Positions 10,425 to 20,199 of a DNA stretch of 64,000 nucleotides are shown piece after piece. This DNA is from Bdellovibrionales bacterium (GTDB lineage: Bacteria > Bdellovibrionota > Bdellovibrionia > Bdellovibrionales > UBA1609), in contig CBDHDF010000010.1 of the NCBI GenBank assembly GCA_965261545.1, positions 128,001 through 192,000 of the forward strand. Direction: 5' to 3'. The notes below the pieces were generated by a model. It did not search any database. It was not told where the DNA came from and worked only from the letters and a program-made list of their open reading frames with translations. The translations under genes and the position numbers were made by a program. Position 1 is the stretch's first letter, and every line of letters begins with the position of its first letter.

Positions 10425-10877
10425 TTATTTTTCTTTCTTTCTCTCTTTCTTTTCTTTGTCTTCTCTTTCTTTTTCTTGTTTAATGACTTCTTTCTTTGCT
10501 TCTTTCTTAAGGGAGTGAAACACAGTCATACCTAGACGAGCATTAAAATCACTAAAGCTTTTTCCGTACTCCATTCTTATCTGATTTCTTATCTCTAACA
10601 TCTGCTCATGACTATTATTCCCTGATGGTGTTTGAAACCAAAAAATGACGATTCTTTTCTTGTAATCAAATTCAAGGTCCAGTTCGGGGTTATCTTTAAA
10701 CATTGTCTTCACGCCACGCAGAGCAAGGGGGTCATCATCATTTAAATGATCTCCAAAAATTCTTCTCAGTGTTCCTCGAATGGCAAGGGTTGCCAAATCT
10801 AAATCATGAAAGCACTCTTTATGAACTGTGAATGGGTTAGGAATTTCACCCAAATTGGACATAACAGGATCATCCAT
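10425..10877 (-). CDS. Hypothetical protein with a charged C-terminus
   Basis: 150-aa ORF with an AAGGAGGT RBS. Confidence 0.65.
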   Translation of the reverse strand: MDDPVMSNLGEIPNPFTVHKECFHDLDLATLAIRGTLRRIFGDHLNDDDPLALRGVKTMFKDNPELDLEFDYKKRIVIFWFQTPSGNNSHEQMLEIRNQIRMEYGKSFSDFNARLGMTVFHSLKKEAKKEVIKQEKEREDKEKKERKKEK

Positions 10878-10999
10878 AAGACCTCCTTACATATTTAAAG
10901 TATGTTAACTTACTTATAGTAAGTCAAGTTGTATGGAGAGAAAAAATCCCAATACTCAATTACTTAGACTCACTCACCTTTTTATGGTAATTTTTCTAA

Positions 11000-11491
11000 G
11001 TGGTGGTGAAGGAAGAAAAGACAGCGGAAGGAACGAGTCACTTCAAAGTGACGAAGAAAAAAGTTGCGGGGCGTCCAAGCACAAGAGATGAAGAAATTCG
11101 TTGTTTTGTGAAAGACCTTCATCACTCGTATTTGCCTAATAACGAAGCTATGAAGCAGTGTTCCAAGGAAGCTGGAATATCACTGTCCACTATTCAGCAA
11201 GCCAAAACGGATGGAAAAGGAAGCATTGAAACCCATTTGAGTATTTTTTTAAATCAAACGGGGCTGACCACCTCTAACCTTAGAAAAATGCTCCCAGAGA
11301 TTCGGAATATCTCAAAGTATGCTGGGCATTATTCTCTTTTAGAAGAAAAGCTTGAGGCTGTCCTTACAAAGTATTCTGTGGATCAGGTGATTGTGATTCT
11401 TGAATTGATGCTGGCCAAGGAGAAGGTGGAAAGCAGTTTGGGGCTGAGTAAGAACACAAGCAAGCCCAGAGATTCCCTCGATGAAAAATAG
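11000..11491 (+). CDS. Hypothetical protein, possibly an XRE-like HTH regulator
   Basis: CSKEAGISLSTIQQAKTDGKGSIET is HTH-like. Divergent from 10425-10877. Confidence 0.55.
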   Translation: MVVKEEKTAEGTSHFKVTKKKVAGRPSTRDEEIRCFVKDLHHSYLPNNEAMKQCSKEAGISLSTIQQAKTDGKGSIETHLSIFLNQTGLTTSNLRKMLPEIRNISKYAGHYSLLEEKLEAVLTKYSVDQVIVILELMLAKEKVESSLGLSKNTSKPRDSLDEK

Positions 11492-11946
11492 CTTCCATTT
11501 AATCAATGACGCATATCGCAGATCTGTGATGCGTTACGTTATTCTCGTGGTATTATAGAGAATACCAACCAAGGTGAGTAAGAGCGTCTGCCCTCGGCTT
11601 CTCAACCCAAATTTTTATTGAACCCACTGACCCATCTCACAACACGGCCTCCCTTCCATGGTGTTTCCCAAGCCCTTACTAAACCCAATCATCCACCTGA
11701 AACTGTGGCGGCACAAAGTTCTTTTCCTCAGCATCTAGGAATGGCAAGCTAATTGAATTGAGGCATTGTTGTGGCTGCCTCTCCGGGCCAAATGAGATTG
11801 TGGAAAAGCACCTTCATGGTGCGCCCTTTTACGTCACTTGTGTTGAAAAAATTGATAGTTTTTGCCCCCACCCCCTTTCATGCAACCTCATTCACTTTAG
11901 AGCCTCTCAGGTCGAATCTCAAGCAATCAAATAGCATAAATAGCGT

Positions 11947-12106
11947 TGTCCCAAAAATGGCCTTGTTTAAATAGGAGGTCGCCTTAAATGGACCATGGGT
12001 GGTCCATTGAAGATATTTAAATATTTCAGAAAAAAAGTGTGTCATTCCATAATGATAAATACTTTTCCTTTGCACATACTTCATATTTTGACCCAAATTT
12101 TGGTCA
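11947..12106. promoter_or_regulatory. Cluster of palindromic 18-mers (candidate enhancer/UAS sites)
   Basis: TGTCCC-aaaaat-GGCCT (11947), TGGACC-atgggt-GGTCCA (11989-12006) and TGACCC-aaattt-TGGTCA (12089-12106). Confidence 0.45.
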
Positions 12107-12166
12107 ATGGAATGACAGTGAGATGGTGTGAGTGCCTTGAAACCCACTTAGGTTTGAATACAGATT

Positions 12167-12182
12167 TGGCATGATTTATGCT
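12167..12182 (+). promoter_or_regulatory. Sigma54 (-24/-12) promoter
   Basis: TGGCATGATTTATGCT fits GG-N10-GC and is close to TGGCACG-N4-TTGCW. It lies upstream of an NtrC-type gene. Confidence 0.65.
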
Positions 12183-12193
12183 TATAAAAATCT

Positions 12194-12331
12194 ATGAAAG
12201 CATTTTTTAATTTACATCATTTGAACTTACATCATAAAGGCTCATATATTTTTAGGTCTATATTAGAAACCACATCTTTTGATTTACTCCCCATCATAGC
12301 CTCTAAATATTACAGGAAAGAAAAGAACTAA
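12194..12331 (+). CDS. Possible leaderless 45-aa peptide
   Basis: MKAFFNLHHLNLHHKGSYIFRSILETTSFDLLPIIASKYYRKEKN*. The ATG falls at about +2 of the predicted sigma54 start. Confidence 0.3.
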   Translation: MKAFFNLHHLNLHHKGSYIFRSILETTSFDLLPIIASKYYRKEKN

Positions 12332-13508
12332 GAAGAATTAAGAAGAATTAAGAAGAATTAAGAATAAGGTGTCACGCCCACCTATATATGAAAGTCTATA
12401 AAAGACATGTTCATAACATGAAAGACATGCTCATATAGTTCATATAGATATATAGGTCGTATAAAGGGCTGTAGGCAATAGATTCGATTCTACAATAGTG
12501 GGAGGTATCAATCAATGAACTATAAAATTCTTATCGCCGATGACCAAGAATCTGTTCTTGATAATTTTCGAGAAATGTTCAAGAACCATTTGGACATTGA
12601 GCCCACCCTGACCCAACAATCCTTGGATGCCTTAAAGCTTATCCAAGAAAACCCCTATGATTATGCCGTTGTTGTTCTGGACTATCATTTTGAAGGTCAA
12701 AAACTCAATGGAGCGCAGGTGGCTCAAGAGATTCTTAAGATCAACCCCAAGCTGATTGTTCTTATTTGCACAGGGGACATGGGTCGAGAAGCTCCTATTT
12801 CTTGTCTCAAGGCCGGAGTGAGTGACTTCATTCAAAAAGACGAACCCCTTGATAAGATTATTGCTAGAATTAGATCCAATTTTAGGAAGTTTGATGAACT
12901 CTCACGAGTGGTGACAAGCAAATCCACCCAATATCAGTCCCACCAAAAAGAATTTGAAGAGGCATCTCTGATTTCAAAATTGGGTATGGTCGGTTGCTCT
13001 GCATCTATGGCTTCAGTGGCACAAAAGGTCTTGACCTTGAGTAAAAATGGAGGGGATAAATCGACAATACTTATTCGTTGTTAGGCGCCAATTAAAATTG
13101 GCCATTTTTAGAAGCCGTCGCCAATGAAAAACGGCCAGTTGATGATGTACTGATTTAGTTATTCTTCGTTCAGAGTTTAGTCAAGTGTCTTTATTTTGCT
13201 CATCATTTAACTCGGACTATGCCACAAGATTCTGAGGAATGATTTTCTGCCCACCACTTTTGGCATGACCCCAAATGCATCCTTCAGCCCTATGGCAGAG
13301 GTAAATGGAGTATTTTTCAGGATTCCTTGGCGCAGCTAATGTCTAAAGCTCCGCGAGAGTGACGAGCAAATAGTACGGTAAAAGCCAGTTATCCATAAAT
13401 TTATCCATGGCGACACTGCGGCTGTGACCCCGATGTCTAGCAACGCAGTGCTGCTGTGGATAAATTTTGTGGATAACTGGCGAGTTCCTTCCCCAAAAGT
13501 GGGGATCT

Positions 13509-14291
13509 CTAATGAACTTCTTTGGTTGAACTTTCCTCTTTGCTCTGTTTAGACTTGGCTTTTGCCGATTCGGTTCTCCAACTTTCTTTTCCTTCAATGT
13601 TGAGGGTTTCACAGTTGTGAATAATTCGATCAACAGCAGCAGCGGTGGTAATAGGGTTAAGAAACACCTTATCCCATTCAGAGTAAGTTAAGTTTGTAGT
13701 GATCATGAGACTTTTCCTTTCATATCGCTGAGATATGAATTGAAAGAAAAGATCAGCACCCTCTGTGCAGGAAGCTGTATAGCCAAGTTCATCACAAGCA
13801 ATAAGATCAAAACGGTCTAATTTCTTAAAAAGAGCATTCAATGAGAGTTCTTTCTTGCTTTCACGCATTGTTTCAATAAGTTCATGAGTGGTGACCCATA
13901 AACATCGATAGCCTTGTTCACAGAGTGAACGAACTAGGGACATGGCCAAATGACTTTTCCCCATTCCAAAGCTTCCGTAAAACACAACATTACAGGCTTT
14001 TCTGACCCACTCTCCCTCTGCCATCCAATTAATTTGCTGAGCTGTCACTCCCGTTCTTTTCTGGAAGTTATAAGTTTGGAGTGATTTAAGTTGAGGAAGC
14101 TTGGCCCCCTTAAGCAATCTTTTCACTCTCTGGGAATGCTTGTCAGCAAGCTCATTTTGAACGAGTATACCTAAATACTGTTCATACGTCTTTTTTGTTT
14201 TTTCGGCAACTCTAGCCGTTGCAACATATTCATCCGCCATCGCTGGAAGTCGGAGTTTTTTAAGAGAACCTATAAGTTCTTCGTGATTCAT
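13509..14291 (-). CDS. istB: IstB ATP-binding helper protein
   Basis: GSFGMGKS, ACDELGY, ITTNL...W and AVDRIIH. Confidence 0.93.
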   Translation of the reverse strand: MNHEELIGSLKKLRLPAMADEYVATARVAEKTKKTYEQYLGILVQNELADKHSQRVKRLLKGAKLPQLKSLQTYNFQKRTGVTAQQINWMAEGEWVRKACNVVFYGSFGMGKSHLAMSLVRSLCEQGYRCLWVTTHELIETMRESKKELSLNALFKKLDRFDLIACDELGYTASCTEGADLFFQFISQRYERKSLMITTNLTYSEWDKVFLNPITTAAAVDRIIHNCETLNIEGKESWRTESAKAKSKQSKEESSTKEVH

Positions 14292-15757
14292 TAAGAACCT
14301 CCTATGTTTGGAACAAGACTGTCATATTGAGACAATCTAGGTTGAAGTGGTTTTTGTTGGTCATTCAAATTAATTTTGGTGGGATTGCCTAAGAGCAAAT
14401 CTTTTATGGATTTAAAGTCGAAAATCTCACGACTTTCTAATTGAAGCTCCATGGCTGTAGATAAGTCCTGCCAACTCACATGCTGAATCAAGTTGATAAC
14501 TCTTAAATATTCATGCTCGGCACGGCTTGAATCTTGTTGCTTGAGGTATTGATAAAAATTTTCAAACACATTTGTTGGAAAAAGAATGGATCGGTGAGCC
14601 CATCTTACCATGGCTTGCGGCTTACGAACTAAAGAGGGAAGGATATGTTCAAGAAGAAGACTATGCTCCCCATCAGGTTTTCTTTGATGGCGAGCGACAA
14701 TTTCTTGCTTCCCTCCTGCACGATAGATCGTGACATGATAGGGACCCTGTACGGTTTTACAGGGAGATTGGATCACCTCATCAGGTATGGAATATGTGGT
14801 TTTACCTATTCTCAAAGTCCCATAACCATTACTTTGACAAATATTCACCTTACAGAGAATATCTTCATCTCGTGGAGGCAAAGGCTTAAGAACTTTGGCC
14901 TCCTCCTCAAAGCGAGATTTGGTGGAGTCACTCTGATGCTGATCCATATAAGACTCTAAAAACTGATTCAAATGATCCCAGTCTTTAAAAACAATTCCTT
15001 TGTTTCTAACAATATTTTTTATCCGAGAACTGAAGGTTCGAATATCACGCTCCACATCTCCCTTGTCAGAGCCCTTCCCTGCGCGGCAGGGAAGAACCTT
15101 AAATCCATAGTATTGGATGGCTCGATCAAAAGATTGGGTGTAAATTCGCTGATTTCCTTTAAGAACTTTCTTCACACAGGGAGATAAATTATCAATACGG
15201 ATGTTCGCACTCATCCCACCTATCTTTTCAAAAAAAGCATGCACCCCATCGATGAAACACTCATAGACAAGAAAGGGGTAGGCACGAACCCAACAGGTGC
15301 CACTACAAGGCAATGTTCCAAAATGGAGATGAACGATCTGAACACCATCGGCAAATGGTAAAGCAACCTTCTCCTTAAAATCAAACTGAGCCTGTTCTCC
15401 AGGATCATATCTTTGGCTGAAAAAACGCTCCTTGGGGCGAGAACCAAGAATCTCACAAACTCTTCTCTGAACCGTTCTCTCACTCCCACGATAACCCTCC
15501 TCAACTAATAGCTCATATATTTCACGGGCGGTGTTACTTGGGTTCAACTTCAAAAAGTACTTCACCCGATCCATATATCCATTAAGGGGATCTGGGCGAG
15601 TTCTTTTGGACCTCGCCTTGTACTTCGGTGGGGTGTTGGACTCACAGTACTTGCGCACCGTCTTACGATTGATCCCTAATTCACGAGATATTTCTGTCTT
15701 ATTTTTACCACTGTGACTCAGGTCACGAATGCGGCCGAAAGTGTATTGACTAATCAT
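14291..15757 (-). CDS. istA: IstA transposase
   Basis: HTH (ISRELGINRKTVRKY), PGEQAQFDF, IDN and KGDVE. Start placed at MISQY after GAGGAGG. Confidence 0.92.
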   Translation of the reverse strand: MISQYTFGRIRDLSHSGKNKTEISRELGINRKTVRKYCESNTPPKYKARSKRTRPDPLNGYMDRVKYFLKLNPSNTAREIYELLVEEGYRGSERTVQRRVCEILGSRPKERFFSQRYDPGEQAQFDFKEKVALPFADGVQIVHLHFGTLPCSGTCWVRAYPFLVYECFIDGVHAFFEKIGGMSANIRIDNLSPCVKKVLKGNQRIYTQSFDRAIQYYGFKVLPCRAGKGSDKGDVERDIRTFSSRIKNIVRNKGIVFKDWDHLNQFLESYMDQHQSDSTKSRFEEEAKVLKPLPPRDEDILCKVNICQSNGYGTLRIGKTTYSIPDEVIQSPCKTVQGPYHVTIYRAGGKQEIVARHQRKPDGEHSLLLEHILPSLVRKPQAMVRWAHRSILFPTNVFENFYQYLKQQDSSRAEHEYLRVINLIQHVSWQDLSTAMELQLESREIFDFKSIKDLLLGNPTKINLNDQQKPLQPRLSQYDSLVPNIGGS

Positions 15758-15882
15758 AAGATCCTCCTCATTGCTAACCTTTTGAGTTGCAAAAGGGAGG
15801 GACTCTGTGAGCTTAGTATCTATATCAGAAGAAGAGACTTCATTGTCTAGTATTTGAACACTCCCTGAAGATTGGTCACTTT

Positions 15883-16257
15883 TCATTGGCGACAACCTCC
15901 ATATTGAAAGTGGGACATTTTAATTGGCGACGGCTTTAAGGGAAGCCTGTCTTCAAAAAGAAATTCCATGAAAATTGAGGCAAATGTTGGAATCTTGTGG
16001 AATTTAAATACTTTAGAAAATGGGCACAGCCTAAACAGGCTTTTCTTGACTATATATTTAACCTCATTGAAATCCAGAAACAGTCTACAAATGAGAAATA
16101 TGGAACCTGAATAGGCTGTCATGGAAGGACTCTCCAACACGGAGCCCCTTTCCAGGTCGACAAGAACCCAAAAGGAGTTCTTATCAGCTCGGAGCCTTTT
16201 TATGAGTAATATCAATTGATTATATGCGTCTCGGTTGACAATGCCAAAAATCACCAT
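15883..16257 (-). CDS. Hypothetical passenger ORF inside the IS21 left end
   Basis: 124-aa ORF with a GAGGAGG RBS, lying between terminal repeat copies. Confidence 0.5.
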   Translation of the reverse strand: MVIFGIVNRDAYNQLILLIKRLRADKNSFWVLVDLERGSVLESPSMTAYSGSIFLICRLFLDFNEVKYIVKKSLFRLCPFSKVFKFHKIPTFASIFMEFLFEDRLPLKPSPIKMSHFQYGGCRQ

Positions 16258-17192
16258 AGGTCCTCCTCTGAAAAGTGGCCACTTTTCATTGGCGACGGTG
16301 GGGCATTTTAATTGTCAGCTAACATTCGTGGTGAGTCGGGAACAGGAAAAGAGCTTGTTGCAAGAGCCATTCATGAAAACTCATCTCGAAAGGCAAAGCT
16401 TCGCATTGATATCAATTGTGCTTCTATTCCAGAGGGTCTTTTAGAATCAGAGTTTTTTGGCCATGAAAAGGGAGCCTTTACGGGAGCGGATAAAAAGCGA
16501 CTTGGTAAGTTTCAGGTGGCCACAGGTGGTACAATTTTTCTTGATGAAATTGGTGAAATGCCCAAAGAACTTCAGGCTAAACTTCTTCGAGTCTTACAAG
16601 AAAAAACCATTGAACCCATTGGCTCCAACTCTCCCATACCTGTGGACGTTCGAGTGATTGCCGCAACACATGTGAACCTTGAGGAAAAGGTTGAATCTGG
16701 GGAATTTAGGGAAGACCTCTTTTATCGACTGAACCAAATACCCCTCTTTATTCCCTCCCTAAGAGAGCGTCCCGAAGACGTTGCCCCCTTGGTCACCCAC
16801 TTTATGGACAAGCACTCTGGGAGAGAAAAGAAAAAACTCATGTATAAGACCTTGCAATACTTAAAATCTTACCAGTGGAATGGCAATATTCGTGAACTCG
16901 AAAACACCATCAAGCAATTGGTTGTTTTAACCCCCAGTGATGAGATTCGTCCAGAGCATCTTGATGCTAAGATATTTGAAGCCAACAGCAGGGCGGCCAC
17001 AATGTCGTATCCAGAGTTTAAAAATATTGTGAATAAAAAAGTCGAAGAGGAAGAAAAAGAATTTCTTGTCTCAAGAATAAGAGCTTATCCCTCCTTAAGA
17101 GCTGCGGCAAAGGCTCTGTCTATACCAAAAACCTCACTCCAGAGAAAACTCTCTGAATGGGGATATTCTTCAAAGGGCGAGGGGGTGTTGGT

Positions 17193-18275
17193 ATGAGTTT
17201 CTTAAAAACAATGGAAGACTATCTACTCAAAAAGGTTATAAAGCATATTGGAGGCCAAAAAAGCATGGCCATTCAACTGGATATTACAAATGCTTGCAAC
17301 CTTAAATGTTCCCACTGTTACCATTCCCATCATAAAAATACGGGAGCTTTAAACCTTGAAGGCTGGCTTGAGATTCTTGACCAGTACGACAAGATGCTTC
17401 AAACTCTCAAGCTACAGCCCTATATTGTGATTTGCGGCGGGGAGCCCACATTAAGTCCCTATCTTTTTTCTATTCTAAAAAGAGCCAATGAGCTTTGGGA
17501 AAGTCCCACCATTACAATTCTTACCAATGGTACAAAGCTTACAGACAAACTACTGTCTTCCCTCAGTGAGTACAATATGCGGTTTCAGGTCTCTCTAGAC
17601 GGTCCTGATGCTAAGAGGCATGATGCTCTTCGTGGTAAAGGGAATTTCCAAAAGGCACTGGAGGGAGCCAAACGGGCCAAGCAGTACGGCATTGAGACAA
17701 ATATTCTAAGTATTTTATCAAAGAAGACCTCCCATTGGATTCCAGAGTTCTTTCAAATGGTCAAAGAAAACGACCTTAACTCTATGGGCTTTACACGATT
17801 TATTCCACAGGGTTTTGGCGCAGAGCTTGTCGAAACTGGGGGAGATGATTCCTTGTATGGTTTTGAACTCAGGGATGCCATGAAGTCCATCATTTATTTT
17901 TCAAAGAAATCTGGGGTGCGAACTTCAACAGACCACCCCTTATATCACCTTATTGACCCCAAGCTTGGTCATAATGGCCGCTTTGGATTCCAAGGACTTG
18001 TAGTGGACTACAAAGGTAACTTGAAGGTTTCTAGCAGAGCCAATTACATACTTGGAAATGTACTCGGCGAAGGTCTGCAAAATTTGTTCTTACACCATCC
18101 TTTAATGAAGGATTTGAGAAACTCCCAAAAGATCAATGGATGTGGTGATTGTATGTATTATGCACGATGTGGTGGAGATAGAAATATAAGCTATGCCACA
18201 ACGGGAAGTTTTTTAGAAAAAGACAAAGGATGTTGGATTCATCCAAGAACTATCAAGAAAGGAGTTGTCGCATGA
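17193..18275 (+). CDS. Radical SAM/SPASM-domain protein (candidate peptide maturase)
   Basis: [20 protein letters not shown] and C-terminal CGDC-x5-CGGD...KGC. ATGA overlap with the upstream stop. Confidence 0.92.
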   Translation: MSFLKTMEDYLLKKVIKHIGGQKSMAIQLDITNACNLKCSHCYHSHHKNTGALNLEGWLEILDQYDKMLQTLKLQPYIVICGGEPTLSPYLFSILKRANELWESPTITILTNGTKLTDKLLSSLSEYNMRFQVSLDGPDAKRHDALRGKGNFQKALEGAKRAKQYGIETNILSILSKKTSHWIPEFFQMVKENDLNSMGFTRFIPQGFGAELVETGGDDSLYGFELRDAMKSIIYFSKKSGVRTSTDHPLYHLIDPKLGHNGRFGFQGLVVDYKGNLKVSSRANYILGNVLGEGLQNLFLHHPLMKDLRNSQKINGCGDCMYYARCGGDRNISYATTGSFLEKDKGCWIHPRTIKKGVVA

Positions 18276-18643
18276 AAAAAATAACAAGGAAAATAAAAAG
18301 AAGAAGCTTATTATTTCTTCTGTCTTTAGTGCCCATACAGTCTCTTGCTTTTGCTGTGGATTTTTCTTCAAAATTAGGAAAGAACAGAGAATCTCTAGGC
18401 AATCATAATTATGAAGAAGAGATGGTAAATCGTTTGTTGGAAGGAAGTATGCCTGAAAAATATTATGATCTTATGGATAAGCATCATGTGAAGCATCCCG
18501 AAGATTTATATCTTAATGAATTTCAGTCACAGAGAATCCTCTTAAAAAGAGAATTTATCAATGATCTCTATGCTTCCAATGAAACAGAAGATGGAATTGA
18601 TAAAGAAACAAGTGGAGCTATGAGTGACTTTCTGTGGCCATAA
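18272..18643 (+). CDS. Secreted 123-aa protein, candidate precursor peptide
   Basis: AAGGAG RBS and ATGA overlap; basic n-region, hydrophobic h-region and AFA cleavage site; acidic region, then C-terminal TSGAMSDFLWP. Confidence 0.75.
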   Translation: MKKITRKIKRRSLLFLLSLVPIQSLAFAVDFSSKLGKNRESLGNHNYEEEMVNRLLEGSMPEKYYDLMDKHHVKHPEDLYLNEFQSQRILLKREFINDLYASNETEDGIDKETSGAMSDFLWP

Positions 18644-18676
18644 TTCATGGACGAAACAGTTTGAGAGTCTTGTAAA

Positions 18677-20197
18677 ATGAATAAATTTATAATTTTTTTT
18701 ATTATATCAATGAGTATCTTCAGCTACCATTGGATATGGAAAGGAGAGGGTAACGAGATGATCTTAAAAGTAGGATATCCAGATGGGTGGAATGATCTCA
18801 CGCCCACACTTCAACATACAGGACATGCGGACTCTATTTTGCATAACGCTTTTGAGCCATTGGTCATCCTCGGGAAAAATGAAATTATTCAACCTATGGC
18901 CGCAAAATCATGGTCTATCGATCCTCAAAAAAGAGTATTTACATTTGAAATTGATACCAAAAGAAAGTTTTCTAATGGAACTCCACTTTCTGCACAACAT
19001 TTCAAAGATTCATGGGAGTATAGCCTCAAAGTGACACCTAAGTCTTCTAATAACAGCTTGCTTGATGTCCTTTACAAGATGGATGGTTTTGAAAATCATG
19101 AGAAAACAGGAAATATCTCTGGAATTGAGGTTCTTAACGAGAGTACTTTAAGAGTTACTTTTAAGAAATCTTTTCGTATGGCCCTTAGTCATTTGTCTGG
19201 ATCAAGAATGTCTTCTTTCCTCCGAGAGGGCGAAAATTTTCTAGGAACCGGTCCTTATGTTATCAATGAAATAAGTGAGAAGGAAATCATGTTGATAAAA
19301 AATGAATACTTTTTGGACTCTGTTCCTTTTGACAAAGTAAGCATTAAGATTGTCCCTCCTGATGTGGCTCAAGAATCTCTAGATCGTGGCGATATTGATT
19401 TTTATGCCTTCGCCAAGGGCTCTCTTGATCTTTGCCGTGAGGAGTTTTTAGAGTGCAGTGCGGGATCTGAAAATCGCCATGCTGTGATTATCGTCAATGG
19501 TCAAGAGGGACGTATTTTTAGCAATCCACAGCATCGGAAAGCCCTTCAATACCTTTTCTTAGATGGCTTTACATTGGAAGATATGCCCAAGGAAAGTCGT
19601 TCTGGAATCCAGTTAGACCCTCAAATATTCTTACCATTCCAATCGGGGCGCATAACAGAGTCAAAAGCCAAGGAGATTATTCAGCAAGGCCAAACATATG
19701 TTGAGAACTTTATCAAGGCCACCCAAGAACAACCACTTTATTTTGCCCTCCATAAGAGAGGGAGATGGCTCCAAGAATACCTCGGAAAGAAGGGAGTTCA
19801 ATTTTCTAAGAAATCAGAAAGTGACCATGAGGAACAATTTAGAAAAATGTACCATAAAACCTACGAACCAGATATCATCCCTAGGGCCTTAAGCGTTTTT
19901 AATGGTGACCCCGATGGAATATATCATGCTCTTGGTGAAAAAGGGGCTATCAGTTCTCCCATGATTCATCGTAAAACTATTTCATCACTCCTTGAAGAGG
20001 GCCGCAAAATACTTGATTTTGATAAATTGGCTCCACACTACGAAAAGGTGGCTGAAGCAGCCTTGCAAGAAGTTCCTTTTATCCATATAGGATTCTTGCA
20101 CGACATTATGATTTTAAAAAAAGACCGAGTGAAGCTTAATGGAAAATACGTCAATCGTGAAGATGGACGCTTTACAAACTACCAGCCAGTGGAATAA
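18677..20197 (+). CDS. Family-5 (OppA/DppA-like) solute-binding protein, orphan
   Basis: FEPLV...PMAAKSW, FSNGTPLSAQHFKDSW and GTGPY motifs; N-terminal TM anchor. No permease or ATPase genes nearby. Confidence 0.88.
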   Translation: MNKFIIFFIISMSIFSYHWIWKGEGNEMILKVGYPDGWNDLTPTLQHTGHADSILHNAFEPLVILGKNEIIQPMAAKSWSIDPQKRVFTFEIDTKRKFSNGTPLSAQHFKDSWEYSLKVTPKSSNNSLLDVLYKMDGFENHEKTGNISGIEVLNESTLRVTFKKSFRMALSHLSGSRMSSFLREGENFLGTGPYVINEISEKEIMLIKNEYFLDSVPFDKVSIKIVPPDVAQESLDRGDIDFYAFAKGSLDLCREEFLECSAGSENRHAVIIVNGQEGRIFSNPQHRKALQYLFLDGFTLEDMPKESRSGIQLDPQIFLPFQSGRITESKAKEIIQQGQTYVENFIKATQEQPLYFALHKRGRWLQEYLGKKGVQFSKKSESDHEEQFRKMYHKTYEPDIIPRALSVFNGDPDGIYHALGEKGAISSPMIHRKTISSLLEEGRKILDFDKLAPHYEKVAEAALQEVPFIHIGFLHDIMILKKDRVKLNGKYVNREDGRFTNYQPVE

Positions 20198-20199
20198 TC

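Larger units (their letters stand above)
13079..16324 (-). mobile_element. IS21-family element #1
   Basis: TGTTAG...CTAACA ends; 5-bp TSD TTCGT (13074-13078, 16325-16329); istAB; repeated ttggcgac subterminal motifs. Confidence 0.95.
12515..17196 (+). pseudogene. Sigma54-dependent response regulator (REC-AAA+-HTH) disrupted by IS21 (parts 12515-13078 and 16330-17196)
   Basis: The REC domain lies 5' of the IS. Removing the IS restores [44 protein letters not shown] and a C-terminal HTH follow. Confidence 0.93.

Noticed and set aside
12320..12366. AAGAAGAATT short tandem repeat as a phase-variation switch
   Set aside because: Only about four intergenic units, with no evidence of function.
16312..17196. 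Independent receiver-less activator starting at TTG in the IS end
   Set aside because: No RBS, and it lacks the AAA+ segment before Walker A; it is better read as the distal half of the split gene.
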